Shown: positions 43,164 to 54,289 of the stretch, piece after piece
How the letters are laid out: each line of letters begins with the position of its first letter
Position numbering within the stretch: the first letter of the stretch is position 1
From: Vicugna vicugna
Taxonomy: Eukaryota
Length of the DNA stretch: 64,000 nucleotides
Reading direction: 5' to 3'
Assembly: GCA_013265495.1 (NCBI GenBank)
Contig: MU058039.1
Location: 64,591 to 128,590, forward strand
Notes under the pieces: generated by a model
What the model saw: the letters and a program-made list of their open reading frames with translations, nothing else
What the model was told of the DNA's origin: nothing
Databases searched by the model: none
Position numbers and translations under genes: made by a program

Positions 43164-43709
43164 TAAAAAAAAATTTTTTTTGGTTGAAGTATAGTCAGTT
43201 TACAATGTGTCAATTTCTGGTGTACAGCATAATGTTTCAGTCATACATACACATACATATGTTCCTTTTCATTATAGGTTACTACAAGATACTGAATGTA
43301 GTTCCCTGTGCTGTACAGTAGAAAAACTATTGTTTATCCTCTGTACTGGTTTCTCTCACTTCTGCCAAGCAGCTGCTACTTTCTCTTCCGAGCCTCTGAA
43401 TCTCCCTTCCTGTCCCAGCTGACCTGCCCCCTGGAGAGGGGGCTTCCCAGGGTGAGAGCACTTCTCCTCCTTTGTTGCTTCCTCCCCCTGGGGGACAGGT
43501 CCTGTATCAATTTCCCTTTTCTTTTTTCTTTTTTTTCTCCTACCTGGTTTTATAAGGATTCTTTGTATTTCCAATGTAAGAGATATTCTGCCGAAGTTCA
43601 GTAGGTGTTCTGTGTGAATTGCTCCGTATGCAGATGTAGTTTTTGATGTGTTTGTGGGAAAGGGTGAGCTACGTGTCCTTCTACACCATCTTGGCAATCT
43701 CCGCACCTC
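43164..43709 (-). mobile_element. Internally deleted L1: ~370 bp 5'UTR fused to ~175 bp 3' terminus
   Basis: Minus strand starts ...CCAAGATGGTGTAGAAGGAC (L1 5'UTR/YY1-type start), joins the L1 3' end at 43338/43337 and ends in an A tail; TSD ggaacaaaaca at 43153-43163 and 43710-43720. Confidence 0.8.
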
Positions 43710-46119
43710 GGAACAAAACACTTCTAATAAATCCTTATACAGATTTGCTACCCAATTTCTGAAGCTTGGAAATCAAAATGATTTAGTGAACATAGTATTC
43801 CTTAGTATCTGAACTTGGGAAACAAATAGATTTGGATAGCAAGGGATTCTTGGAATACAGCACAAGCTAATTTACATAGAATTTCTAGAGTTTAAATAAC
43901 TAAAGCACTATAAATGAAAATATATTATCAAGCCTCAAAAGCCTTCTTCTATTATCAATATTTGACAGAATGAGATGTATTTAATAAATAAACTTGAGTA
44001 ACCTACCTCCTGCAGCATCACTGCATTCATCCATTTATACCCTGTCTACTTCTCATTGAAGAGTCTTTAAATCATAGCCAACGAATCCAATCATTGCCAT
44101 GTATTTTAGTATGAAGATGTAGTGGGAGGTGGTAAGGCAGGGGCTTGTTAAAACAGTCACAGAATTTCAACTTTCATCGGAATTAGAATATAGAATATGA
44201 AAGGTGTTCACTCCCATGCTAGCAAGAAAATCTGAACAAGATAAAAACCATACTTTCCTATGTGTGTAATGTAATGTGTATTTATGACTATAAATGTCCC
44301 TATAAGCTTTATTTCATCCCATTTATTTCTTACATTTTATTTTGATTATCATTTGGTTTAAATAATTCTATAAATTCAATTGTAAAATTTGTATTTGACC
44401 TACATTTAAAAAAAACTTTATTTTGACATAATTATAGATTCATATTAAGTTGCAAGTAAATGTATAGGGAAGTCTCATGTATTGCTTTACTCAGTTTCCC
44501 TCAAAGGCGATATTTTGTATAACTATAATACAATAGCAAAATGGAGTAAGGTATGCAGCCTGGTTAACAGTATTGCACAATGTCAATTTCATAGTTTTGA
44601 TATTGAACAGTATATGTCATTATTGGGGATAGGGTGAGAGGTTCACCTCTTCATATGCTATTTTTGCAACTTCCAGTGAATCTGTAATCATGATGAAATT
44701 AAAAGTTTTAAAAATAATTTTAAAAGTAAAATTAAAATGTAAGAGTCAGTGCCAATTCCAGACCAATATAAAAGTCTTATTTTTTGTCCCGTTGATTACA
44801 TTGTCATAGACTTGTAATCGATGGTACCAGAGGCTGAGTAATGCCGTCTTCAACATGTAGGCCTAAGGTGGCATCTCTCGTGCAAACAAAACAAAGCAAA
44901 ACCAACAAAATGTTGAAAGCCGTTTAGGGGGAGGGTGGTTCGTCTATAGTTTCATTCGCTTGTACAAGTACCTCCTACTCCCAGTTTCCAGCCTTGGCAG
45001 AGCAGCTCAGGCTCTTCATCCCTACACATCCCCACACAAGCAGTCAGTGGCTCCTTCTCCCAGGCAGCCACCGCCTTCATCACAGTGGAGCAGAAGGTGC
45101 GAGTGTCAGGGCTGTTGCGTTGTGCGCAGCACCCCCTGGAGGATGGCCCTGTCAAGATGACACCGCCCCGCCGGACTGTGTCACAGCCTCAGAGCAGGAT
45201 CCCTTGCGGCACAGAGGGACTTGAGCAGGCCAAGGGCGGTCTACGCACACGCGCAGTGCTCAGTGCTCAGATCACGCCGCGTGAGCATCACCTGGGTAAC
45301 GTACTCGGACAGGTTGGAAAAGTCCCTAGGTGTATTGCCCCACGTTTCTCAAGAAGAATCCTGGTGAGTGTCAGAAGTTTGAGCACCTAGATGTGGACAG
45401 ATTGGGAGTGAACGAAGTCATCCTATGTTGAGAGATGGAGATTTGGTGATTGTAAATTTTAAGTTTTTCTTGACAGAAGTGATGGGATAGAAATCCTTGG
45501 CTTGAAGGATGACAGACTGAAAAATGAGCCGTGGAGAACACTTCTTGGGAAACAGCCGCATGAGATACTCAGAAAGTGTACCTGTGCTCCTTTTAATTCT
45601 AGTCCAGAGAGTCTTAGGCATCAATCCCAGCCTCTGCTGGATCACAGGATTTTGCTATGTTGGGCTCAACAGACCTTCAGCCTTGGCTTCCCCAAGACTT
45701 ATCACCACGGCTTGAAGTTATTCGGGCCTGAAGCAGATCCTGGCAACAACCACGAAGCCCCTCCTGGATGGATGATGGTTATAGCCGGCAGCAGATCAAA
45801 TACCTGCCGCTGGTGGATCCCAGGTTGGCAGCATGGAGCCCCTGCCGCTCTGTACTCCTTTCCAGTAGAAAGTCAGGAGACTAGAAATGGTCCTAGGCAT
45901 CCTCGAGACTGTTGGAGAAGAATATGAACTGGAATCATCTGGGGGTAAGTTTCTAAGACTTTTTTTTTTGTTTAATTGAAAGTTCTGCTTGCCACTTGGG
46001 TCTTCCAGGCTAAAAGACACACAAGGCCCACCCATCCAAGGTCATTGTATTAGAAATGGGAAACATTTCTTAGTTGGTGCACAGGCAGGGTATTGTAGTA
46101 ATTAAGAACATGGACACTG

Positions 46120-46440
46120 GGGATGGGGGAAGTGGGGAGACACTGGTCAAAGGGTACAAACTTCTAGCTATAAGAGAAACAAATTCTGGGGATCTAATAC
46201 CAGATGGTGACTATAGTTAACAATACTGTATTGTATACTTGAAAGCTGCTAAGAGAGTAAACCTTAAATGCTTTCGCCACCCCAAAACAAAGTAATTATG
46301 TGAGGTGATGGATGTGTTAATTAACTTTATTATAGTAATCATTTCACAATATATATATGTGAATCAGATTATCACATTGTCCACCTTAAACTTACACAAT
46401 GTTATATGTCAATTATATCTTAAGAAATCTGTGAGAAAAA
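46120..46440 (+). mobile_element. L1MA-type 3' end inserted in a MIR (MIR ~46085-46120 and ~46450-46670)
   Basis: ggtcaaagggtacaaactt...gtgactatagttaacaatactgtattg; MIR core cctcagttt...cctcatagggttg. Confidence 0.75.
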
Positions 46441-47847
46441 AAAAGTTTACTGGAATCAGATCTGCCTGGGATCAAATTCTTGTTTTACCACTTTGTACCT
46501 TTGTGATTTGGACAGTGTACCTATCTGTACCTCAGTTTACTTACCTCAAATATGAGGCTAATGATAGAATATACCTCATAGGGTTGCTGCAAAAAGTTAA
46601 AGAGTTAATATGTGTGGAATATTTAGAACACTGCCTGACATTATTTAATATTAGTCTTTATTGTTACTATGAGATGACTAAATTAAGGCCATCCAATGAT
46701 GCAGCATTTTATCTGCTTGGTGAAACAATGGTTTATATATGAAATGAAGCATTTTTGTGATTGATGTCTACTGACACATTTTTTCCTCTTATCCAATAAC
46801 TCAAAATAGTACAGAATAAGTTAAAACATATTCCATATTTTAACCTAATCATCCCACATATACAGTTAAGCTTATTCAATAACCATCACCTTTGGTGTTT
46901 CAAAGGCAAGATAATTACAATAATGCTCTTCAAAAAATGTTTTCACACTTAAAGAGTGGTAAGAGAAAAGGCCTCATAATGGAACCCTGGGGTACACGGG
47001 CATTTACGGCATGATGGAGAGAAATGACCTTGGAGGAGACTCTTACATTTTCACGAAAGGGTGTGATAGTTCCCAGGATTAACGTTTTCAAAGTACTCAA
47101 CAACCCAGCATTCCTTCCCAAATCCAATTAGTGTGGTGGGTGAATGGGATTCCTGAATCCAATGCACGAAATAGGGATTACATTCATTTAGACTGGATTA
47201 TGTAAGTTAGATTGGATAAAATGTGGATTGGCTCAAATATCAAAGGTCAACTGTCATTGCAGTGTGATTGTGGATTAGGATAAAAAGCTTATCTTCCCCC
47301 TCCAAGCTTCTAGACAGAACAGCAAGCAGGACAGAGTCTGAGACTCCATAGATATTTGATATCACAAAGCAGATGAAACCAAGGTGAGTTTGTAGAATGG
47401 TTTTAACAGTTTGTTGGGTCTGGGTCTTCCAGATCAATAGTACCAGATTTATGAACTTATTTATTTATTGAATTTCTAACACACATCTTAGTGCCAGATA
47501 TATCGACAATGTTTGGTAAATGCTTTTGAAAAAATGGAAATAAATGTCTGAGCACCAATTAAGATGAAGTACTTTGAATGATAGAACAATTTCAGTCACA
47601 CGGCCTGCACGTAAGGAGTTTAAATTATATTGAGAGAGAAAGACATTTCAACTCTTTGATACAATGGGAAAATAGAGGCTGGGACTCAGCTAGAATTTGG
47701 CTCAAATTCTGATTCTAGTATAGAATGTATTAGTTATATATTCTGAAGCACTTTAAGTTTGCTCTGAAAGCCTCATTTTCCTTATCAGTAAAAAGAGAAT
47801 AAAAATTTGCCTCTTTATGTTTGTTATTAAGAAATAGTTTCTGTAAA

Positions 47848-48458
47848 GATACAGGCACCCCAATGTACATAGTGGAACTATGTACAATAGCCAAGACATG
47901 GAAGCAACCGGAATGTCCATCAAAGATGACTGGATAAAGAAGTTGTGGTATAGTTATACAATGGAATACTACTCAACCACAGAAAAGAACAACATAATGC
48001 CATTTGCAGCAACATGGATGGACCTGGAGATTGTCATTCTAAGTGAAGTAAGACAGAAAGAGAAAGAAAAACACTATATGATATCACTTATATGTGGAAT
48101 TTAAAAAAAAAAAAGAAAAGGAAAAAGAGGATGCTAATGAACTCATCTGTAAAAGAAACAGACTCGTAGACATAGTAAACAATCCTATGGTTACCAGGGG
48201 AAAGGGGGTGGGAAGGGATCAATTTGGTAGTTTGAGATTTGCAAATGTTAACCACTATATATAAAAATAGATAAAAACCAAATGTCTTCTGTGTAGCACA
48301 GGGAACTATATTCAATATCTTGTAATAACCTTTAATGAAAAAGAATATGAAAACAAGTCTAGTTATTTATATGTATGATTGGGACATTATGCTATACACC
48401 AGATATTGACACATTGTAACTGAGTATATGTCAAAAAAAAAAAAATGAAAAGAAAATT
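47848..48458 (+). mobile_element. Young 5'-truncated L1 3' end
   Basis: ORF2 C-terminus DWIKKLWY..TMEYY...FAATWMDLEIVILSEV; A tail; TSD core gtttctgtaaa. Confidence 0.88.
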
Positions 48459-48497
48459 CGTTTCTGTAAAAACCCAGCTGGACTCTGAGAAAGGCAG

Positions 48498-48745
48498 TTT
48501 TATTTATTTATTTTTTTTTTATTATTTTTTTTTACTTTAAACAATTATTTACTTATATATGTATATAATATATATTTTTATTGAAGTGTAGTCAGTTTAC
48601 AATGTTGTGTACAGCACAATGCTTCAGTCATACATGAACATACATATATTCATTTTCATACTCTTTTTCACCATAAGTTACTACAAGATATTGAATATAG
48701 TTCCCTGGGCTATACAGTATGAACTTGTTGTTTATCTATTTTATA
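48498..48745 (-). mobile_element. Young L1 3' end, tail-to-tail with previous copy
   Basis: T-rich tail then gaagtgtagtcagtttacaatgttgtg...tagttccctgggctatacagta. Confidence 0.8.
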
Positions 48746-49084
48746 TTTCATGGCACTCTTAAATAAGTTATTTATGGCTCTTTTGATTGAACCCAGTTAG
48801 CCATAATTCCCTAACTGTGCAGAATCATCTTTATCAATTATTATCACTTTGGACTTAATATTCAAGGAAGGCAAACAGAAAACAGCTTCATTTTTGTCTC
48901 TCATTGTCACTTTAAATATGCTCAAGTGGTGCTAGATCTTCCCTGATCCTGTTAACATTTAATTAGAAATCGTGATTTTTTTCATCACTCCTACTTACTA
49001 CAAATGATTTCAGCTCAGTAATATAAATATCCAGTCTTCATGGTAGAATGAGAATGAAAACTTCTTCCTTTACTTTGATCTGTT

Positions 49085-49628
49085 TGCAGTTTATGGCAAA
49101 TTGTATTTTCCAAAAATGACTATGACTATACTTTTGTTTCCACATGGTCTTCCAGAACCTTGCCACTTTCCCATCGGGAAGTGGAGTCCATGTCCCTTCC
49201 CTCTGAATCTAGATGGGCCTTTTAAACTGTGAGTACAATGGAAATGATGCCATGTGATTCTGAGACTAGATATAAGAGGGGATACAGCTTGCATCTGGAT
49301 CTTTCTTGGGACTCTTGCCTTTAGAACCTTGAGCTGCAATGTAAGAGGTCTGAGGCTACCGTGCTGTTAAGAAGCTCAAACTAGCCCACACAGAAAAACC
49401 ACATGGAGAAACCCTGAGATTACTTGAAATAAGAGATATCCAGCTAGTTCCCAATTGCTCCTGGAACTTCACACTGTTCCAGGTTCAGCGATCATGAAAA
49501 ACCAGAGCCAGAACTGTACAGTTAGGCTGTTTCCGAATTCCTAATCCAGAGAAACTATGAAAGATAATAAATGATTGATGTTGTTTGAAACCATTAAACT
49601 TGAAAGGCTGGGTATACAAACAGACAAC
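49085..49628 (+). mobile_element. MaLR LTR (MLT1H-like)
   Basis: aagtggagtccatgtcccttcctctgaatct...aattcctaatccagagaaactatgaaagataataaatgatt..tgttgtttgaaacc. Confidence 0.7.
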
Positions 49629-49629
49629 G

Positions 49630-49985
49630 CCAGATCATATATGACAATGGAACTCTGTTCACAAACTCTGCGGCCACCAATTGGTTTCCAAACAGGAAAT
49701 CAAACAGCAACCTTGGCAGCAATCAGCCCAGAACAGTCAGGATTTGGTCACTAAATGCCAGCTTCCCTATTTTTGACCTCTGCTTCCAACTCAGGACAAC
49801 CGGGGAAAGCCAACTAGAACCCCCAAACCAATCACATAAGATGCACTGCTTGTAGTTGGCCCAGCTTCTCCATGGCAATAACCTCCAATCAGAACATACC
49901 TGAAACCTTCCCTTTCTTCACTATAAAGCTTTGCCACTCCTCTGCCTCTGACTCTGCCAAACACAAGTGTTGACTGTAGTATCAG
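49630..49985 (+). mobile_element. ERV1-type LTR fragment (MER31/MER34-like)
   Basis: gccagcttccctattttt...ccaactcaggac...accaatcacataagatg...ctataaagcttt motifs. Confidence 0.6.
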
Positions 49986-50279
49986 TAATTTGAAACAACC
50001 TAATGACAAGATAAAAATTAATTACAAAAGTGGCATATAGAATTTACAAAATATTATGGGAGGACACAAGTTCAATATATATTTGACTTAAAAAGTAGGT
50101 TAAGATGACGTAAATATATGAAATGATATAAGCTTAAATATAGCTATGTCTGAATGGGGAAATTACAGAGGTATTTTGGGTTGTTTTTGGTTTGGTTTTT
50201 TTTTTTTCCCCTCACTTATTCCTAATTGTAGACGGGAGGAGACACATCCTGGTTTTGTATTTGTGTGTCCAGACTCCTC

Positions 50280-50765
50280 TCGCAGGATGTTCCCAGGTGA
50301 GACTCCGAGCTCACCTGTTGGCCTCACCACTCCCGCATCGTGCCTTGGGGGAGGGGCTTGGAGCGCGCCCCGCGCAGGGGCTTCTGGGAGGTGTGGTCCC
50401 GCCGTCCGGTCTCGGCGCCTTCTAGCGCCCGGGCATCGGCTGCTGGGCCTTCTGGGTCCGCCGCGCGGTTGGGCCTCGTTGGTTCCGTGAAACAGCGGCT
50501 CGTGAAGGCCCCGTGGCGGCCAGCATGCCCAAGACTCCCAGGCCTGTGGAGGTGAGTCCTCCAGTTTTACTGGCCGAAGGCGGCGGAAGTAGCCAGGGGT
50601 CCCCGGATCGTGCGAAAGGGGAACGGGGATCGTGCGAAAGGGGAACGGGGAAAACCGAAGGTCTGGGGGATCGCGGAAAACCGAAGGTCTGGGGGATCGC
50701 GAGGTCTAAGGGGCGACGCAGGGGACATCTTGGTTTTATTGAAGTGAGGGTGGATGGCTGCGACT
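50280..50765 (+). promoter_or_regulatory. CpG-island promoter / exon 1 of third KRAB-ZNF gene
   Basis: Very CpG-dense; donor GAG|gtgagt at 50551/50552; ETS-like cggaagt ~50584. Confidence 0.75.
50605..50700 (+). repeat. Two abutting perfect tandem duplications (22 bp x2, 26 bp x2)
   Basis: ggatcgtgcgaaaggggaacgg at 50605 and 50627; ggaaaaccgaaggtctgggggatcgc at 50649 and 50675. Confidence 0.95.
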
Positions 50766-51836
50766 GTGTGTCTCCAGGCATCCTTGGGTTGGGGGGTTGG
50801 AGACAGGGCTCTTTGGATTTAGGGGACAGCCCACTTTGGTTTGGGAGGCACCTGGGCATTGCAGCCCCAGGTTGCTGGGGAGAAGGCAATGAGGCAGGGT
50901 CCAGGTTTAGTGGGAGCTTCCCGGGCTGTATGTTCTTAGGTGTTTGTAGGGGCGGCTAGATCTGTGCATTCTCAGGTTGGGGAGATGTGGGGAGAAGTTA
51001 GGAAGTGGGTGCCCCTGGGTTTGGGATGTAGTGGGGGTTTTGAGTCTTGGTCTTTAGGGTGACAGTGTGTTTTGGCTTTCCTGGATTTGGAGGTGTGACT
51101 TGGACTTTGAGGTGAGAGAACAGAGTCTTGTATCTCCACTTTTGTTGTAGATGCTCCGGTGAGACCACCTTCACCTCTGACTCAGAGGGCTTGTTCTATA
51201 AGTGAGCCAAGGGGTGTGTTATCAGAGCGGTAGGCAGACGGCCCTTGACACCAGGGTGGGCTGTTCCCCCAGCCAGGCCTGCTGTGAATTGCCGAAGGAC
51301 TGCCGCCACTTTGCATCTGAGAAACCCCAGAGCTCAAAGGGTCAGCAGCTTCTCTAAGCTCCCAGGTGCTGTGGAGTTAAATGACCTTCTCCTGGGAACT
51401 TGCCTCTGGGGTAGCAAAGCCAGGAGTGTCACTCCTATAATCACCTCCTTATCTGCAAAAGAGAATTCTCCATACTCTTGGCCAGTAAAGGCTGTAGGGG
51501 AGTTGTTTTTCCTTTGTCGTCTCAGTGGAAGTTAGTCCCAGGTGTTAAAGGTGGCGCTGTCCCAGTTGTGAATTTGGTATCACAGGTAACAGCTGTATCT
51601 CTACAAAGCCCCTCTGAGTGCAGAGGCTGCAGGATGTGCATGCTCTATGTTTTCCTTGGTCCTGTAGGTCAAGGTTGGCTCCTGACTCTTTTCTTTTCCT
51701 TTAGATTTAAGAGTGGATCTGCAGAGATTGTGTATGAGGATTTCTGGCATGTGACCCAGTCCTCACTGCTCCTGGTTCCCTATTCTGCCCTCTTTGGAAT
51801 CTTCTGGCCCTGAGAGATCTGCGAAAAGAGGAGAAA

Positions 51837-51869
51837 ATGGCCCTTGAGTTCCTGGCAGCAAGACCCCCA
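51837..51869 (+). CDS. Candidate start exon A of third KRAB-ZNF (MALEFLAARPP; exon 51705-51869)
   Basis: Strong acceptor ctcttttcttttcctttag at 51704; aaaATGG Kozak; CCA|gtgagt phase-0 donor; typical KRAB-ZNF pre-KRAB exon. Confidence 0.55.
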
Positions 51870-52287
51870 GTGAGTGGGATTTAACCTTTTTTACGCAGTA
51901 ATTTCTGTCCTGTTAGATGACGTGTTTATTCACTGCCTCAAAGCGCCTCAAAGCTCTAAGACAAACATGGAACTTGGGGAACTTGGTGCAGGTTTGGGAA
52001 ACTCTAGAGGAAAGCCCACTCTCCCTCCTCAGTTTACCCCCATCTTTCCCCCATCACTGTGTGCTCTTGGCACACCTTAACCTTTGCCCCTACTTTCCAT
52101 TGATTTAGTCCACAAATGGTTTAGCCTTCCTTCCACATGCCCCGATGTGTGTTATGTGCATTGAGAAGTACTGTCTTTCCTCGGGGGCTTGTAGACCTTG
52201 TTGAGGGTTTGGGGTTTTTTTGGTTTGTTTTTGTTTGTTTGCTTGTTCTTCCCTTACTGCAGTGGATTTTAAAATGTCAGTGGAAAT

Positions 52288-52428
52288 GGAGAGGATGTAG
52301 CTCAGTGGTAGAGTGCATGCTTAGCATGCTCAGGGTCCTGGGTTCAATCCCTAGGACCTCGTTAAAATAACTAAGTAATTAAATCAATATAATTACCTCC
52401 TCCCAAAAAACAAAAACAATGAAAAAAA
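52288..52428 (+). mobile_element. tRNA-Ala-like SINE (vic-1-like)
   Basis: A/B boxes, A tail, TSD core gtcagtgg. Confidence 0.88.
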
Positions 52429-52944
52429 AGTCAGTGGTATTAAATTAACAAGAATTGCAAGAATAATACAACTAATACCTGTGTATCTTTCATTCACATC
52501 CATCAATTGCCAGCTTTTTGCCACAGTTACTTTACTTCCACCTCTATGTGTATATTCGTCATTTTCAGAATCATTTGAGAGTAAGTTGCAGACATTATGT
52601 CTCTTAGCCCTAATTACTTCAGCATGCATCTCCTAAAAACAAGGACAGTCCCTTAAATAATCATAGTATAATTCAGGAAATTTGACATTGATACAGTACT
52701 ATTGTCTAATGCCCAGCCTACAAGCAAAATTTGCCGGTTGTCCTAATAAGTTTCTTTAGGGCTTTTCCGCCTCTTTGTTACCTCTCTTTAGTCTCCTTTT
52801 TTTAATTAAAAAAATTTTGTTTTTCATCAATTTCATTTCATTGACCTGCAAATTCTTTAGTCTTCTTTAATCTGGGACACTTTCTCAGTGTTTCTTTGTC
52901 TTTATTGCTCTTTTGAAGATCAGTACATTTACATATACGTTTTT

Positions 52945-53516
52945 TAATATTATTATTTTTATTTAAGGGGGAGATTATTAGGTTTATTTTTTTTTAATGG
53001 AGTTATTGGGGATTGAACCTAGGACCTTCAATAACATATTGTTTAATCTCTATGCTTTCCTTTTTTTCTCCTTTGTTTCTCTGTTGTTGATTTCCAGTTT
53101 CATGGCATTGTGGTCAGTAAAGATGCTTGAGATAATTTCTATCTTCTTAAAATTGTTGAGGTTTCTTTTGTGCCCAAGTACATGATCGATCCTGGAAAAT
53201 GTTCCATGTGCACTTGAAAAGAAAGTATATCCTATTTTTTGTGGGTGTAATGCTCTGAAAATATCCTCCAAATCTAGTTTTTCTATTGTATTATTTAATT
53301 TCTCTGTTGCCTTGTTTATTTTCTGTCTGGAAGATCTGTCTAGTGATGTTAATGCAGTGTTAAAATCTCCAACTATGATTGTATTCCCATCAATATCCCC
53401 CTTTATCTCTGTTAGTAATTGTTCTATGTACTTAGGTGCTCCTATATTGGGTGCATTGAACCTAGGACCTTGTGTCTGCTAGGCATGTGCTCTACCACTT
53501 GAGCTATATCCTCCCC
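52945..53516 (-). mobile_element. tRNA-Ala-like SINE split by an L1 fragment
   Basis: SINE 5' half at 53455-53516, 3' half at 52945-53028; outer imperfect TSD ttacatat...ttttt; host is an old minus-strand L1M 3'UTR (~52435-53745). Confidence 0.88.
53029..53454 (-). mobile_element. Internal L1 ORF2 endonuclease fragment, no poly(A)
   Basis: APNIGAPKYIEQLL...IVGDFNT...FSRIDHVLGHK...FTDHNAMKLEIN with a single stop; 17-bp perfect TSD attgaacctaggacctt. Confidence 0.92.
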
Positions 53517-54289
53517 TTACATATGCATTTTTAAAGAGTACAGGCTAGTTATTTTGTAGAACGTTCCTTGAGTTGAATTTGTCTGTTGGTTTTTCATGAT
53601 TAAATTCAGGTTATACACTTTTGGCAGGAAGAACACAGAAGTGATGTGTCCTCAGTGTGTCATATCAGATAGCACATAATATTGATTTGTTTCATTATGA
53701 TACTAACTTTAATCACTTAATTATCTCCACTGTAAAGTTTCCATTTGGGAATTGGAGAGGAAAGGAACAGACCTCTTAAGCTGGCTGTTACTATCGTGTG
53801 GAAGGCATGTCAAAGTGGGAGACAGAGAGGGAGTAGAATGTCACATAGAAGACTATCACAGTCATCCATGTAAGAGAATTGTGTCCTGGACCAGGGTGAT
53901 GGCAGTGAAGATGGAATGAAACAAAAATATTCAAGAGCTGTGTGGAAAGTAAAAATCAATGAGATTAGTTTGTTAATTGAGGGAGATGTCAGCTCTGGAT
54001 TTCTGAGTTTTGTAACTACATGGATGATGGTGTGATTTTCTGAGATAGGAAGTAGAGGGGGCACCAGATTTTGGCAGGTGTGTGTGAAAATGAGGACTCA
54101 GTGTGTCAGAATCCCAGAAAGAAACATAACATACTCATAAGGAATGAGCAAGGAAACTTTCCTGAAGGGACTATTTATAAGGGTTTCAGAGACCATTGTG
54201 GGATGGTTTCAACATCCCTGGATTAGCAGCATAATGGAGACTTTACCACCACAGGCTGGAATGGTTAGGAAAAAGAGCGGTTCCTGGAA

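Noticed and set aside
45100..45330. Faint resemblance of a minus-strand peptide (TALGLLKSLCAARDPAL) to Mab-21/MIEF-type C-terminal helices
   Set aside because: Too short and interrupted by stops to support without a profile search; left unidentified.
50146..50959. Overlapping 70-155 aa ORFs in the third CpG island
   Set aside because: Low-complexity GC-driven ORFs crossing an obvious splice donor; not protein-like.
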